Shown: piece after piece, positions 8,193-20,027 of the stretch
How positions within the stretch are numbered: position 1 is the stretch's first letter
Layout: each line of letters starts with the position of its first letter
Assembly (NCBI GenBank): GCA_035260465.1
Contig: DATFVF010000083.1
Coordinates: 1 to 60,751 of the forward strand
Reading direction: 5' to 3'
Length of the DNA: 60,751 nt
Origin: Pseudolabrys sp.
GTDB lineage: Bacteria; Pseudomonadota; Alphaproteobacteria; Rhizobiales; Xanthobacteraceae
Made by a program: the position numbers and the translations under genes
The notes under the pieces: generated by a model
What the model saw: only the letters and a program-made list of their open reading frames with translations
Databases searched by the model: none
What the model was told of the DNA's origin: nothing

Positions 8193-9164
8193 TCAATGCA
8201 GGCGCGGTGCCTTGAGGAATTTCGTCCGGTCGGATGAATTTACCCGCACGTCGAAGGTGACACCTTCGCGATAGAGCGTGAGCGGGATTTCCACGCCGGC
8301 GCGTCCCAGCGCCCATACATTGCGGTAAAAACCGGCAAGAGTAGAAACGCGCTCGCCTTTCACGGCGACGACAACATCGCCGGTTTTGATCTCGGCCCGT
8401 GCCGCAGGACCTTTCGGCGCAATTCCAACCACGACAATCTTGTCTTCGATCTCGGTCGAATAGACCCCGAGCCAAGGCCGTATCGGCCGGCTGACGCGGC
8501 CAAATTTGCGCAGGTCTTCGAGTACCGGACTCAGCAAATCGATCGGCACCACCATATTGAGATGCTCGCTCTTGCCTGCGCGCGCGCGCTCGAGTTGCAG
8601 CGACCCGATGCCGATCAAATTGCCCCCACTCGAGATCACTGCGGTGCCGCCCCAGTTGGGGTGCGCAGGATAGGTGAAGATGGCTTCGTCCAGCACGTAT
8701 TCCCAATAGCCCGCGAATTCCTGCTTGGCGGCGATTCGGCCGGCGAGCGACCGCGTGCGGCCACCGGCACCGCCGACGACCACCCGCTCGCCAACTTCAA
8801 CGGCTTTCGATGATCCGATTGCAAGCACCGGCAAATCGATCTTGCCGAGCACCTGCACCAGGCCGAAGCCCGTCTCCTGATCGAAGCCGAGCGCATGGCC
8901 CTGCACCACCCGGCCGTCGCCGAGATGCAGCCATACAGTTTCGGCTTCGGTGACCAGATAGCCGATGGTGAGGACGAGCCCGTCGTCGATCAACACGCCG
9001 TTACCGGCTCGCTCGACGCCGAGCGTGTCGGCGGTGAAGGCATCGGCAGGAACGATCGAATGCAGGCCGACGACCGAAGACAGCGCGCTGGCGAGATCGT
9101 AGGAATAATCCTCCGCACGCGGCTGCACTCCTTGTGGCACCTTCCATTCGGTCACCGAGGCCAT
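8193..9164 (-). CDS. S1C/HtrA-like trypsin-fold protein with PDZ domain (catalytic triad not conserved)
   Basis: GNGVLI-VLTIGYLV, HPNWGG, RPWLGV and GPAARAEIKTGDVV (PDZ). GGAG RBS before ATG 9164. Confidence 0.88.
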   Translation of the reverse strand: MASVTEWKVPQGVQPRAEDYSYDLASALSSVVGLHSIVPADAFTADTLGVERAGNGVLIDDGLVLTIGYLVTEAETVWLHLGDGRVVQGHALGFDQETGFGLVQVLGKIDLPVLAIGSSKAVEVGERVVVGGAGGRTRSLAGRIAAKQEFAGYWEYVLDEAIFTYPAHPNWGGTAVISSGGNLIGIGSLQLERARAGKSEHLNMVVPIDLLSPVLEDLRKFGRVSRPIRPWLGVYSTEIEDKIVVVGIAPKGPAARAEIKTGDVVVAVKGERVSTLAGFYRNVWALGRAGVEIPLTLYREGVTFDVRVNSSDRTKFLKAPRLH

Positions 9165-9232
9165 CAGATACGCTCCTAAAGGGCTCCCTATCATACGCCG
9201 GATCATGCGGGCGAAAAGACGGCACTCACATG

Positions 9233-9262
9233 TTAGTGTAATTCCCATTAGTGTAATTCCCA
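9233..9262. repeat. Perfect 15-bp tandem duplication TTAGTGTAATTCCCA x2
   Basis: Copies at 9233-9247 and 9248-9262. Confidence 0.9.
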
Positions 9263-9266
9263 TGCC

Positions 9267-10265
9267 ATGATCCCGTTATCCATTCTCGACCTCTCGCCCG
9301 TCTCCGCCGGCTCGACCGCCGCACAGGCTTTGCGCAATTCGCTCGATCTTGCACGCCTCGCGGACGGATTGGGCTTCAAGCGCTATTGGGTGGCGGAGCA
9401 TCATAATTTGCCGGCAATCGCGAGCTCGGCGCCCGACATCATGATCGGGCAAATCGCGGCCATAACCAGCAACATGCGCGTTGGCTCCGGCGGCGTGATG
9501 CTGCCGAACCACGCACCGCTGATGGTGGCCGAGCGCTTCAAGGTGCTGGAGGCGCTCTTTCCCGGCCGCATCGACCTTGGCCTGGGCCGCGCACCTGGCA
9601 CCGACCCGGCGACGTCCTATGCACTGCGCCGCCGCCAGGGCATCAGTGAGGAGGATGACTTCCTCGACCGCTTCAAAGAGCTGATGCTGCTGGAAACGCG
9701 CGGCTTTCCTGCCGGCCATCCATTTCACAATGTGCGCGCGATGCCATCCGATGTGCCGCTGCCGCCGATTTATTTGCTCGGCTCATCGGATTACAGCGCG
9801 CAGCTCGCGGGCCAAATAGGCGCGGCGTTTTCCTTCGCGCATCACTTCGCGACGTTCGACGCGGCGGAAGCGATGCGGCTTTACCGCGAGAATTTCAAAC
9901 CGTCGCCATCGCACGACAAGCCTTACGCGATTCTGGCAACGCACGTGGTCTGCGCCGACACCGATGCAGAAGCCGAGCGGCTGGCGGCGACCGTCGATCT
10001 CAACATCGTGCGCCGCGCCAAGGGCGAGTATCTGCCATTGGCGTCGCCGGACGATGCGGCGCGCTACGACTACACGCCCGTCGACCGCGCCCGCATCGCG
10101 CAAAACCGAACGCGGCTTTCGGTCGGCTCGCCCAAGACGATAAAGGCGAGACTTGAGCCTCTGATCGAGGCCACCAAAGCCGACGAACTCATGGTGACCG
10201 CCATGCTGTTCGACCACGAGGCACGGAAGCACTCCTACGAGTTGCTGGCGAAGACGTTTGCGTGA
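9267..10265 (+). CDS. LLM class (luciferase-like) flavin-dependent oxidoreductase
   Basis: LSILDL, RYWVAEHHN, RVGSGGVMLPNH, GRIDLGLGRAPG, LLGSS and FAHHF motifs. Confidence 0.93.
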   Translation: MIPLSILDLSPVSAGSTAAQALRNSLDLARLADGLGFKRYWVAEHHNLPAIASSAPDIMIGQIAAITSNMRVGSGGVMLPNHAPLMVAERFKVLEALFPGRIDLGLGRAPGTDPATSYALRRRQGISEEDDFLDRFKELMLLETRGFPAGHPFHNVRAMPSDVPLPPIYLLGSSDYSAQLAGQIGAAFSFAHHFATFDAAEAMRLYRENFKPSPSHDKPYAILATHVVCADTDAEAERLAATVDLNIVRRAKGEYLPLASPDDAARYDYTPVDRARIAQNRTRLSVGSPKTIKARLEPLIEATKADELMVTAMLFDHEARKHSYELLAKTFA

Positions 10266-10399
10266 CGTTCTGGGACGGCATTGCTTCTCGCGGTGAAAAG
10301 CAGCATTGCCAACCACCCCCGAATGACGGGCCAATAATGCCATGCTAAAAGCCCGCCCGGGCTTTTCATTCAAGTTCGCAAAAACTACGGGAGGTTTCC

Positions 10400-11074
10400 T
10401 TGGGTAAGCAGTTCACATTAACAACCACGGACAAACACTCGCTCGGCGCCTACCGCGCCGATCCGTCCGGCACGCCCAAAGGCGGCTTGGTGGTTGTGCA
10501 GGAGATTTTCGGGGTCAATCATCACGTCCGCGCGGTCTGCGACCGGCTCGCCGCGCTTGGCTACGTGGCCGTGGCACCAGCGGTGTTCGACCGTTTCGTC
10601 CGCGATTTCGAGTGCGGCTACACGCCCGATGAAATCGCTCACGCCCGCAGCTATCTGGGCAATCTCAACTGGGATCACATGATGGCCGATATCGCTGCCG
10701 CGCAGGGCGATCTCAAAGGCATCGGCCCGCTTGGCATTGTCGGGTTCTGCATGGGCGGCACTGCGGCGTTTCTGGCCGCCTGCCGCATCTCTGGATTTTC
10801 GGCGGCTGTCGCGTTTTACGGCGGCATGATCGGCAAGTTCGCCGACGAAAAGCCGAAATGCCCGCTCCAGATGCATTTCGGCGAGAAGGACGAAGGCATT
10901 CCATCGGCCGTGGTTGAAGAGATTAAAAAGAAACAACCGCAGGCGGAAACTTATGTCTATCCCGGCGCCGCGCACGGCTTTTATTGCGACGAGCGCGCAA
11001 GCTACAACAAGGCCGCCGGCGATCTTGCCTGGACGCGCACGCAGGAATTTCTCGCAAAGCATATGAAGAAATAG
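10400..11074 (+). CDS. Dienelactone hydrolase family protein
   Basis: QEIFGVN, GFCMGG nucleophile, HFGEKD, YPGAAHGF. TTG start after a GGAGG RBS. Confidence 0.93.
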   Translation: MGKQFTLTTTDKHSLGAYRADPSGTPKGGLVVVQEIFGVNHHVRAVCDRLAALGYVAVAPAVFDRFVRDFECGYTPDEIAHARSYLGNLNWDHMMADIAAAQGDLKGIGPLGIVGFCMGGTAAFLAACRISGFSAAVAFYGGMIGKFADEKPKCPLQMHFGEKDEGIPSAVVEEIKKKQPQAETYVYPGAAHGFYCDERASYNKAAGDLAWTRTQEFLAKHMKK

Positions 11075-11088
11075 GCGATCATTTTCGT

Positions 11089-11161
11089 CCGCTCATTCCC
11101 GCGTAAGCGGGAATCCAGAATTCCATTTCACCTGGGTCCCCGCTTACACGGGGACGAGCGG
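11089..11161. repeat. REP-like palindromic element (CCGCTCATTCCCGC...GGGGACGAGCGG)
   Basis: Two hairpins, ATTCCCGC-GTAA-GCGGGAAT and GTCCCCG-CTTACA-CGGGGAC, inside terminal CCGCTC/GAGCGG, between convergent genes. Confidence 0.85.
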
Positions 11162-11175
11162 CGATGGGCGCGCCT

Positions 11176-12003
11176 CTAAAACCACCGCTCCTTGACGACA
11201 ATGGTGTCGCCGGGGCGCACGGGGAAATCGAGCGGCACTTCGGTGTGGATCTGCTGGCCGCCAGCCCTGCGGGTGAGCTCGACCGTTTTCTTGAACGCGC
11301 GCGGTGCAAAGCCGCCCGCGATCGCAACCGCCATCTCCGCTGTCATGTTGGCGACAAAGGGATACTGACCCGGTGTCGTCACTTCGCCGAGAATGAAGAA
11401 CGGCCGGTAGGTCTCGACCTCGACCGTCACGTGCGGCTCGCGCACAAAACCTTGTTTAAGCTTGGCCGTGATCGCGGCTGCCAGTTGCTGGTTTGTGAGG
11501 CCGCGCGCCGCTACCGCGCCGATGAGCGGCATGTTGACCTTGCCGCTGGCATCGACCGTGTAGCTGTTGGTGATGCCGTCCTGCCCGAACACGACGACGC
11601 GCAGCTTGTCGCCTGCATCGAGCGTATAGGCCTGCTCAACCGCTGCCGGTACGACGATGGGCACCGAAGCGTAAACGTCAGGCGCCGCAACATAAGGACC
11701 GCCGACGGCCATTGGCGCCGGCGGAGGCGGCGCGACGTAAACCGGCTCGGCTGGAGGCGGCGCGTTTCGCCGCAACGTAAAGAAACCGCGGTTGCTCACC
11801 GGCATCGGTCTCACAACCGGCGCCTCATACGTCACCTGCTCGTAAGCTTGCTGCGCATAAGCGGGTGAGGTGGAATACAGATGGCGCGCTGACGGACTTG
11901 GTGCGCTTGTGCGCGCACTGCCCTGTTGCGCATATTGTTCGTGCACGCAGCCCGACAGCACGAGCGCGATACCAGCAGCCAACAAAAATCGGGCGCACCG
12001 CAT
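11176..12003 (-). CDS. Polysaccharide biosynthesis/export (Wza/OPX-like) lipoprotein
   Basis: Lipobox LSGC, Pro-rich linker, YTLDAGDKLRVVVFG, GKVNMPLIG, FILGEVTTPGQYP and PGDTIVVKERWF. Confidence 0.9.
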   Translation of the reverse strand: MRCARFLLAAGIALVLSGCVHEQYAQQGSARTSAPSPSARHLYSTSPAYAQQAYEQVTYEAPVVRPMPVSNRGFFTLRRNAPPPAEPVYVAPPPPAPMAVGGPYVAAPDVYASVPIVVPAAVEQAYTLDAGDKLRVVVFGQDGITNSYTVDASGKVNMPLIGAVAARGLTNQQLAAAITAKLKQGFVREPHVTVEVETYRPFFILGEVTTPGQYPFVANMTAEMAVAIAGGFAPRAFKKTVELTRRAGGQQIHTEVPLDFPVRPGDTIVVKERWF

Positions 12004-12112
12004 CAAAGCGAATCCCGCGCGGTCGTAGGGAAATTGAGCCCGATTAAGGCTTTATATGGTTAACAAATCCTCACCAGGCCCGGCGCGCGCCGGCGCGGCT
12101 GAGGCCCCAGGC

Positions 12113-12144
12113 AAAAAAATGGGCGCCCGACAGGCGCGCCCGTT
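12113..12144 (-). terminator. Probable intrinsic terminator downstream of msrA
   Basis: GC-rich GGGCGC...GCGCCC hairpin followed by T7 on the minus strand. Confidence 0.65.
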
Positions 12145-12174
12145 CGCATTTATCGACTTGTATCTCCTTGGCGC

Positions 12175-12846
12175 TCAAGCCGTGGCGCCCTGCGAGAGCT
12201 TGGCGCCGGTCCCGATCGGGCATGAGACTCCCGTACCACCGAGCCCGCAATAGCCGCTCGGATTTTTTGCCAGATATTGCTGGTGATAGTCCTCGGCGAA
12301 ATAGAACTCCGGAGCGTCCACGACCTCGGTGCTGATCGTTCCGTAGCGCTTTTTCTTGAGCTCCTGCTCGTACATCTCTTTCGAGGCTTCGGCCGCCTGC
12401 CGTTGCGCGGCATTGAAGGTGTAGATGCCGGAGCGGTACTGCGTGCCGACGTCATTGCCCTGGCGCATGCCTTGCGTCGGGTCGTGGCTTTCCCAGAATG
12501 TCTTGAGCAGCGTCTCGTAGAAAATCTTCTTCGGGTCATAGACGACCAGCACAACTTCGTTGTGACCGGTGCGGCCCGAGCAGACTTCCTCATAGGTCGG
12601 ATTTGGCGTCATCCCGCCGGCATAGCCGACGGCGGTCACGTGAATGCCGTCGCCCAATTCCCAGAATATGCGCTCGGCGCCCCAGAAGCAGCCGAGGCCG
12701 AACATCGCCTTTTCGAAGCCTTCCGGATAAGGCCCCCTCAGGGCGCGGTGATTGATGAAATGTGCAGCGGCGGTGCGGATGGGGTTCGCGCGGCCCGGCA
12801 AAGCCTCGCCGGGCTTGGGCATGGCAACTTTCTTGAAGCCGAACAT
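12175..12846 (-). CDS. msrA: Peptide-methionine (S)-S-oxide reductase
   Basis: [34 protein letters not shown] and AEDYHQQYL. Confidence 0.97.
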   Translation of the reverse strand: MFGFKKVAMPKPGEALPGRANPIRTAAAHFINHRALRGPYPEGFEKAMFGLGCFWGAERIFWELGDGIHVTAVGYAGGMTPNPTYEEVCSGRTGHNEVVLVVYDPKKIFYETLLKTFWESHDPTQGMRQGNDVGTQYRSGIYTFNAAQRQAAEASKEMYEQELKKKRYGTISTEVVDAPEFYFAEDYHQQYLAKNPSGYCGLGGTGVSCPIGTGAKLSQGATA

Positions 12847-12966
12847 GCTTGGTTCTCCTGCAATCGCTGACCGCAATATATGTCGGGTGCAGGCTAACCG
12901 AAACGGGCCCCGCGATCACGTGTCGGCCAGAACCCGGGACGGGCGGTTCACGCAGCCGCGAGGCAT

Positions 12967-13287
12967 TTAAGGCCGCGCGTAGCCGATCAGCGGTTTTTTC
13001 TTGCGGCCGAGTAGAAGGAAAATAATGCCGAATCCGCCGAGCACGCTCCAGCTCGGGGCCGCTAAAAGGGCGACCATCAGCGGATCCCAGAGGTAGCCCT
13101 CCGCATAAGATTCGATCATCGGCTTCAGCTTTTCGAGGCTGCCGGCATTGATCAGCTCCCACAGCGTCCGCACGCTGGTGAGAAAAAGCCTGTTTCCGGC
13201 GATTGACTTGGTGCCGTCATAGATCAGCAGGATGAATCCAGCTGCCAGACAGAGCAGACCAAAAAATCGGAAAAGGAAACGGATCAT
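12967..13287 (-). CDS. Small membrane protein of unknown function (2 TM)
   Basis: Two hydrophobic segments and basic C-terminus GRKKKPLIGYA. Fits the gap between msrA and maeB. Confidence 0.8.
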   Translation of the reverse strand: MIRFLFRFFGLLCLAAGFILLIYDGTKSIAGNRLFLTSVRTLWELINAGSLEKLKPMIESYAEGYLWDPLMVALLAAPSWSVLGGFGIIFLLLGRKKKPLIGYARP

Positions 13288-13448
13288 AGCCCCAATCAAT
13301 CAGAATCGCTCGTCCCGGCACCGATTACCCTGCGTCCCGCTTTCATACAACAGTACCAATAGCAGCAACCGCCTTCCCTTGAGTCATTATGGTTGCATCC
13401 GCTAACGTCGTTGTCGCCGGGCATACCGGTCGTGTTCATGGAGTAACA

Positions 13449-15728
<2,280 letters not shown>

Positions 15729-15738
15729 CCTATCATAT

Positions 15739-15856
15739 GTCATGGCCGGGCTTGTCCCGGCCATCCACGTGTTGTTTCGGCAAGGAAGACGTGGATGCCC
15801 GGCACATAGGCGTGCGAAAGCACGCCGTCCTTCGGACGGCTATGGCCGGGCATGAC
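15739..15856. repeat. GTCATG-type REP-like element with an internal double-hairpin insert
   Basis: GTCATGGCCGGGCTTGTCCCGGCCATCCACGT...ACGTGGATGCCCGG...CCGGGCATGAC. Related copies at 21169, 43051 and 53527. Confidence 0.88.
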
Positions 15857-15881
15857 GGCAAGAGAAAATTGGAGAACCTAT

Positions 15882-16775
15882 GTGACCAAGCCTCTGTCCG
15901 GCGTGATCGCCGCCGTCGCCACGCCCATCGATGAGAGTGGCGCGCCCGATCTCAAGCGCGCCGTCAACCTGGGGCGCTATCTCCTCGACAATGGGTGCGA
16001 CGGCCTCAACGTTCTTGGCACCACCGGGGAAGCGACCTCCTTCTCGCTCGACGAACGTAAGGCGGTCATGGATGCCTACAAAGCGAATGGGTTGCCGCTG
16101 CATCGGCTGATGGTCGGGACCGGTGCCGCCGCGGTGTCGGATGCGGTTGCGCTGACCCGTCACGCGGCCGAGCTTGGCTTTGCCGGTGCGCTTGTGCTGC
16201 CGCCGTTTTATTACAAAGGCGTGCCAGACGACGGCTTGGTCGCCTATATCGACACGCTGGTGAAGGCGACCGAACGCAAACCGATTCCCATCTATCTTTA
16301 TCATTTCCCCTCGATGTCCGGCCTGCCCTGGCACGTCCCGCTCATCGAACGCCTGCTGGAATCGTTTCCGTCCCGAATTGTGGGTTTAAAAGATTCTTCC
16401 GGCGAAATGGCATACGCACGCGCGGCCGCAGCGGTATCACCCGACTTTGCCGTATTCCCGTCGACCGAAGCATGCCTGATCGAGGCTCGCTCCGGCGCTT
16501 TCGCCGGCTGCATCTCGGCAACCGCCAACCTCAATTCGGATCTGTGCGCGCGAGCCTGGAGCGATGCCGATACCGGAGCGCTCGATGCCGCGGTCACCAT
16601 CCGCAAACTGTTCGATGGCAAGCCGCTCGTCTCTGGGGTCAAAGCGCTGCTCGCTCATATCCATGGTGATGCCGGGCTGGCGCGGGTAAGGCCGCCGCTG
16701 GCGCCGTTCTCGGCCGCCGACCGCGCGTCTGTCATCGCAGGACACGATGCAACTCGGGCCAAACGCGTTGCCTGA
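15882..16775 (+). CDS. Dihydrodipicolinate synthase (DapA/NAL) family aldolase
   Basis: [22 protein letters not shown] and GLKDSSG (Schiff-base Lys). GTG start after GGAG. Confidence 0.9.
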   Translation: MTKPLSGVIAAVATPIDESGAPDLKRAVNLGRYLLDNGCDGLNVLGTTGEATSFSLDERKAVMDAYKANGLPLHRLMVGTGAAAVSDAVALTRHAAELGFAGALVLPPFYYKGVPDDGLVAYIDTLVKATERKPIPIYLYHFPSMSGLPWHVPLIERLLESFPSRIVGLKDSSGEMAYARAAAAVSPDFAVFPSTEACLIEARSGAFAGCISATANLNSDLCARAWSDADTGALDAAVTIRKLFDGKPLVSGVKALLAHIHGDAGLARVRPPLAPFSAADRASVIAGHDATRAKRVA

Positions 16776-16793
16776 AGCAACGATATCGAGCCG

Positions 16794-16822
16794 TTGACGC
16801 CCACGCGCGGCCTCACTATAAG
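16794..16822 (+). promoter_or_regulatory. sigma70 promoter of rpsT
   Basis: TTGACG-N17-TATAAG about 100 nt upstream of rpsT, followed by a leader hairpin at 16831-16858. Confidence 0.7.
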
Positions 16823-16924
16823 CCACAGCCTTGGCGGCGAATTCTTTCGCCGCCGCAACTCTTTGTAAATCCAAGTCGCTTTCGCGGAGACCCGCCGAAG
16901 GCGCCAGCTACGAACGAGAACCTG

Positions 16925-17191
16925 ATGGCCAATACCAAGTCCGCCCGCAAAGCCACGCGCGTGATCGCGCGCCGGACCGAAGTGAACAAGGCGCGACGTA
17001 CAGTGCTACGGAATTCCATGCGCAGGGTCGAGGAAGCGATACAAAGCGGCGACCGCAATGCGGCATTGGCGGCATTCAAGGCAGCGGAGCCGGTGATCAT
17101 GCGCGCTGCACAGCGCGGTGTCGTTCATAAGAATAATGCAAGCCGTAAAGTGTCACGCTTGGCCCATCGTATTGCGAAGCTTGGCAAGTAG
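16925..17191 (+). CDS. rpsT: 30S ribosomal protein S20
   Basis: [10 protein letters not shown]...[15 protein letters not shown]. Confidence 0.98.
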   Translation: MANTKSARKATRVIARRTEVNKARRTVLRNSMRRVEEAIQSGDRNAALAAFKAAEPVIMRAAQRGVVHKNNASRKVSRLAHRIAKLGK

Positions 17192-18358
17192 GCGCAGCGC
17201 CGTCCTCGCGGGGACGCGGGCCTAATTCGCCTCAAATTCTTGTAAAAGACGTCCGAGCGAGCTGTTGCCCAGAGGAAGTGGTTTACAGCGCGCGACTGTT
17301 GCTAAAACGTCATCGCCGCGTCAGAAAAATTTGCTCGCCGAGGTTTTGCTGGGCTTCGGTCGCACCATACCCTGCATAGGCGCGGTGGCATCGGAATTAT
17401 CGTATTGGGAGTTACCCACAAATTCGCTCAGATTTTTTTTCGCGTCGATAAAGACTTAAGAGGAAGGCGAAGCAAGGACCCCAAAAATGCATATGTGACA
17501 GGCGTTTTTTGCGCCGCTTAATTTTTAAAAATTTTTGCACCGCGCGTTGCCTTGATAACTGATTTCAACGTCGAAATTCTGCGCGACTCCAACATGTTGG
17601 GTAAAGTATCGCAGTAGCCACAGCCTCCCGGCCACACTCGCGACAATTTCTGTTACCGCCGCAGTTGTAAATTTCATTGCGAGCGCACATCGCTCGTGTA
17701 TCGTGAAAACGCGCTCGGGAATTCTTCGGGCGCGATCAGAAACAAGGTTCCGCGGTACGCTCATCGGCACATGAGAACAGCTTTGGTTTGCGCTCGCAAA
17801 ATCCAGCTCTTCAAAACGCCGAGGCCGTCCGGTATCGAGATCTAAGTCAGTCAACTCGGGGCTGCAAAATAAAAAATTGATGGCCTTCGCACCGGGAGAG
17901 GCCAAAGTCGGGTAACGAACAAACCGCAGGGCGAAAGCCCGCAAAATATTCGAGGGGTGATGTCATGACAGGCGCAGGGAGAGGGTCGGTGACCAACGTT
18001 GGCGGTATTGGATGGGCGTTATCCAGTACAGACTCATGTGTCGCTGTAGCCCGTATCGCCGGTCGATCAGTCCCACTCTTATATATTGTTCATTTGAACC
18101 GCCACATGTCCCGCACGGCGTCTACATTCACGATCGGAATTCGCGGCGCAACTCCGCCACCGACGGGTTGAAGCGCAACGCCTCTCGACTTCTCGTCGAT
18201 GTCGCTCTGCCGGAGCCTTTCTACGGTGGAGCCCAAGTCCCTCAGACGACGCCATCAATCGAGTGCTGTTGCGTCCTGTTTCCGGCGCGTTGGCGGTCCC
18301 ACCGTCAAGCCGGGCAACCGAGTCCGTCCAACCATTTAATCGGATCGAGAAGAAGACA
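17192..18358. promoter_or_regulatory. 1.17-kb rpsT-dnaA intergenic region (dnaA promoter and long leader; origin function unproven)
   Basis: No convincing long ORF. AT-rich tract at about 17500-17540, imperfect DnaA boxes TTACCCACA (17412-17420) and TTATCCAGT (18019-18027), candidate promoter TTGCGA-N16-TATCGT (17677-17704). Confidence 0.5.
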
Positions 18359-19786
18359 ATGTCGAACGGGGAGCAGGAGAGTTGGTCACGGGTCAAAGAG
18401 CGCCTGCGCGCGGACGTCGGTGACGACGTCTATTCGAGCTGGTTCGCCCGCATGGACCTGGAGGCAATCGAGGAAGGCGCGGTGCGTTTATCGGTACCGA
18501 CCCGCTTCCTGAAAAGCTGGATCCAGTCTCATTATGCCGAACGCGTTCTGGCCTGCTGGCAGGCCCAGGAAGGCAAAGTGACACGCGTCGAGCTGATCGT
18601 GCGATCGGCCGTCCTGAAATCTGCTGTGCTGCCAAAGCCAAAAGCCGACCTTTCGCCTGGCGAGAACGGCAGCCGCTTCACGAATGGCAACGGCAATGGC
18701 CGCGTCTTTTCGGTCGGTGACCCAAGCGTGCATGAGGCGCTCGGCGGCTCGCCGCTCGACCCCCGCCTGACCTTCGACACTTTTGTCGTCGGCCGCTCCA
18801 ATACGCTCGCTCACGCGGCGGCCAAACAGGTAACCGGCGCCAAGCGCAGCGATCCGGTGATGTTCAATCCCCTCTACATTCACTCGGGCGTCGGCCTCGG
18901 CAAGACACATCTGTTGCAGGCCGTGACCTGGGCCGGAAATGCCGCCGGCGAGCGCAAAGTGCTGTACCTTACAGCCGAAAAATTCATGTACGGCTTCGTT
19001 TCGGCATTACGGACGCAGACCGCCCTCGCCTTCAAGGAAGCGTTGCGTGGCATCGGCGTGCTCGTCATCGACGACCTGCAATTCCTGCAAGGCAAATCAA
19101 CCCAGGCCGAATTCTGCCATACGCTCAATGCATTGATCGACGCCGGCCGTCAGGTCGTGATTGCATCCGATCGCCCGCCCTCGGACCTCGAAAGCCTCGA
19201 TGACCGCGTACGCTCGCGGCTCGCGGGCGGGCTGGTCGTCGAGATGGCGTCCCTTGGCGAGGAGCTACGGCTCGAAATCCTCAAAGCCCGGGTCATGGCG
19301 GCGCGTGCCCACCACCCTGCTTTCGACGTTCCGCTGCCGGTGTTGGCCTATATCGCCAAGACCGTGACCCATAACGGCCGCGATCTGGAAGGCGCACTCA
19401 ACCGCTTGCTCGCCCATAACAAGCTCACCGGCCACGTCGTGACCCTGGAAATGGCGGAACGCGAGGTCCGCGATCTGATCCGCCCGCAGGAGCCCAAGCG
19501 GGTCAAAATCGAAGACATCCAGCGGGTGGTTGCGCGCCAATACAATGTCAGCCGGTCTGACCTGTTGTCATCGCGGCGCACCGCCAATGTGGTCCGCCCC
19601 CGCCAGGTGGCAATGTATCTGGCGAAGACGCTGACATTGCGCTCCTTACCCGAAATTGGCCGGCGCTTCGGCGGGCGCGACCACACCACCGTGCTCCATG
19701 CAGTCCGCAAGATTGAGGGGCTCGTCGGCAACGACATGGCTTTGGCCGAGGAGATCGAAATCCTCAAGCGCCAATTGCAGGAATAG
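18359..19786 (+). CDS. dnaA: Chromosomal replication initiator
   Basis: [32 protein letters not shown] and [14 protein letters not shown]. Confidence 0.98.
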   Translation: MSNGEQESWSRVKERLRADVGDDVYSSWFARMDLEAIEEGAVRLSVPTRFLKSWIQSHYAERVLACWQAQEGKVTRVELIVRSAVLKSAVLPKPKADLSPGENGSRFTNGNGNGRVFSVGDPSVHEALGGSPLDPRLTFDTFVVGRSNTLAHAAAKQVTGAKRSDPVMFNPLYIHSGVGLGKTHLLQAVTWAGNAAGERKVLYLTAEKFMYGFVSALRTQTALAFKEALRGIGVLVIDDLQFLQGKSTQAEFCHTLNALIDAGRQVVIASDRPPSDLESLDDRVRSRLAGGLVVEMASLGEELRLEILKARVMAARAHHPAFDVPLPVLAYIAKTVTHNGRDLEGALNRLLAHNKLTGHVVTLEMAEREVRDLIRPQEPKRVKIEDIQRVVARQYNVSRSDLLSSRRTANVVRPRQVAMYLAKTLTLRSLPEIGRRFGGRDHTTVLHAVRKIEGLVGNDMALAEEIEILKRQLQE

Positions 19787-20027
19787 GTTGGTTACAGCGC
19801 CTTTCCACGTGCGTCTTGAGGCGACGAGGGCGAACCAGGGGTGGGGCCAGGCCGGCCAATGCCCACGGGACCGCGCCTGTGGGCGCCCTGGGGATAGGAG
19901 CCGGTTAAGCCCCGGCACCCTTGCGATTTTTGCTCCGGCACGTCACTTTCGCTGCCCGGCCTTGCGGCTGACTTGCCGTTGCGCCTGGTTTTAGGTCGTT
20001 TGCGAAGGCGCCGAAGCGGGTCTCCCA

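Noticed and set aside
17192-18358. Confident oriC call
   Set aside because: No perfect DnaA box and no box cluster; known alphaproteobacterial origins are usually not adjacent to dnaA.
19800-19816. parS-like CACGTG core after dnaA
   Set aside because: Flanks do not form the parS palindrome.
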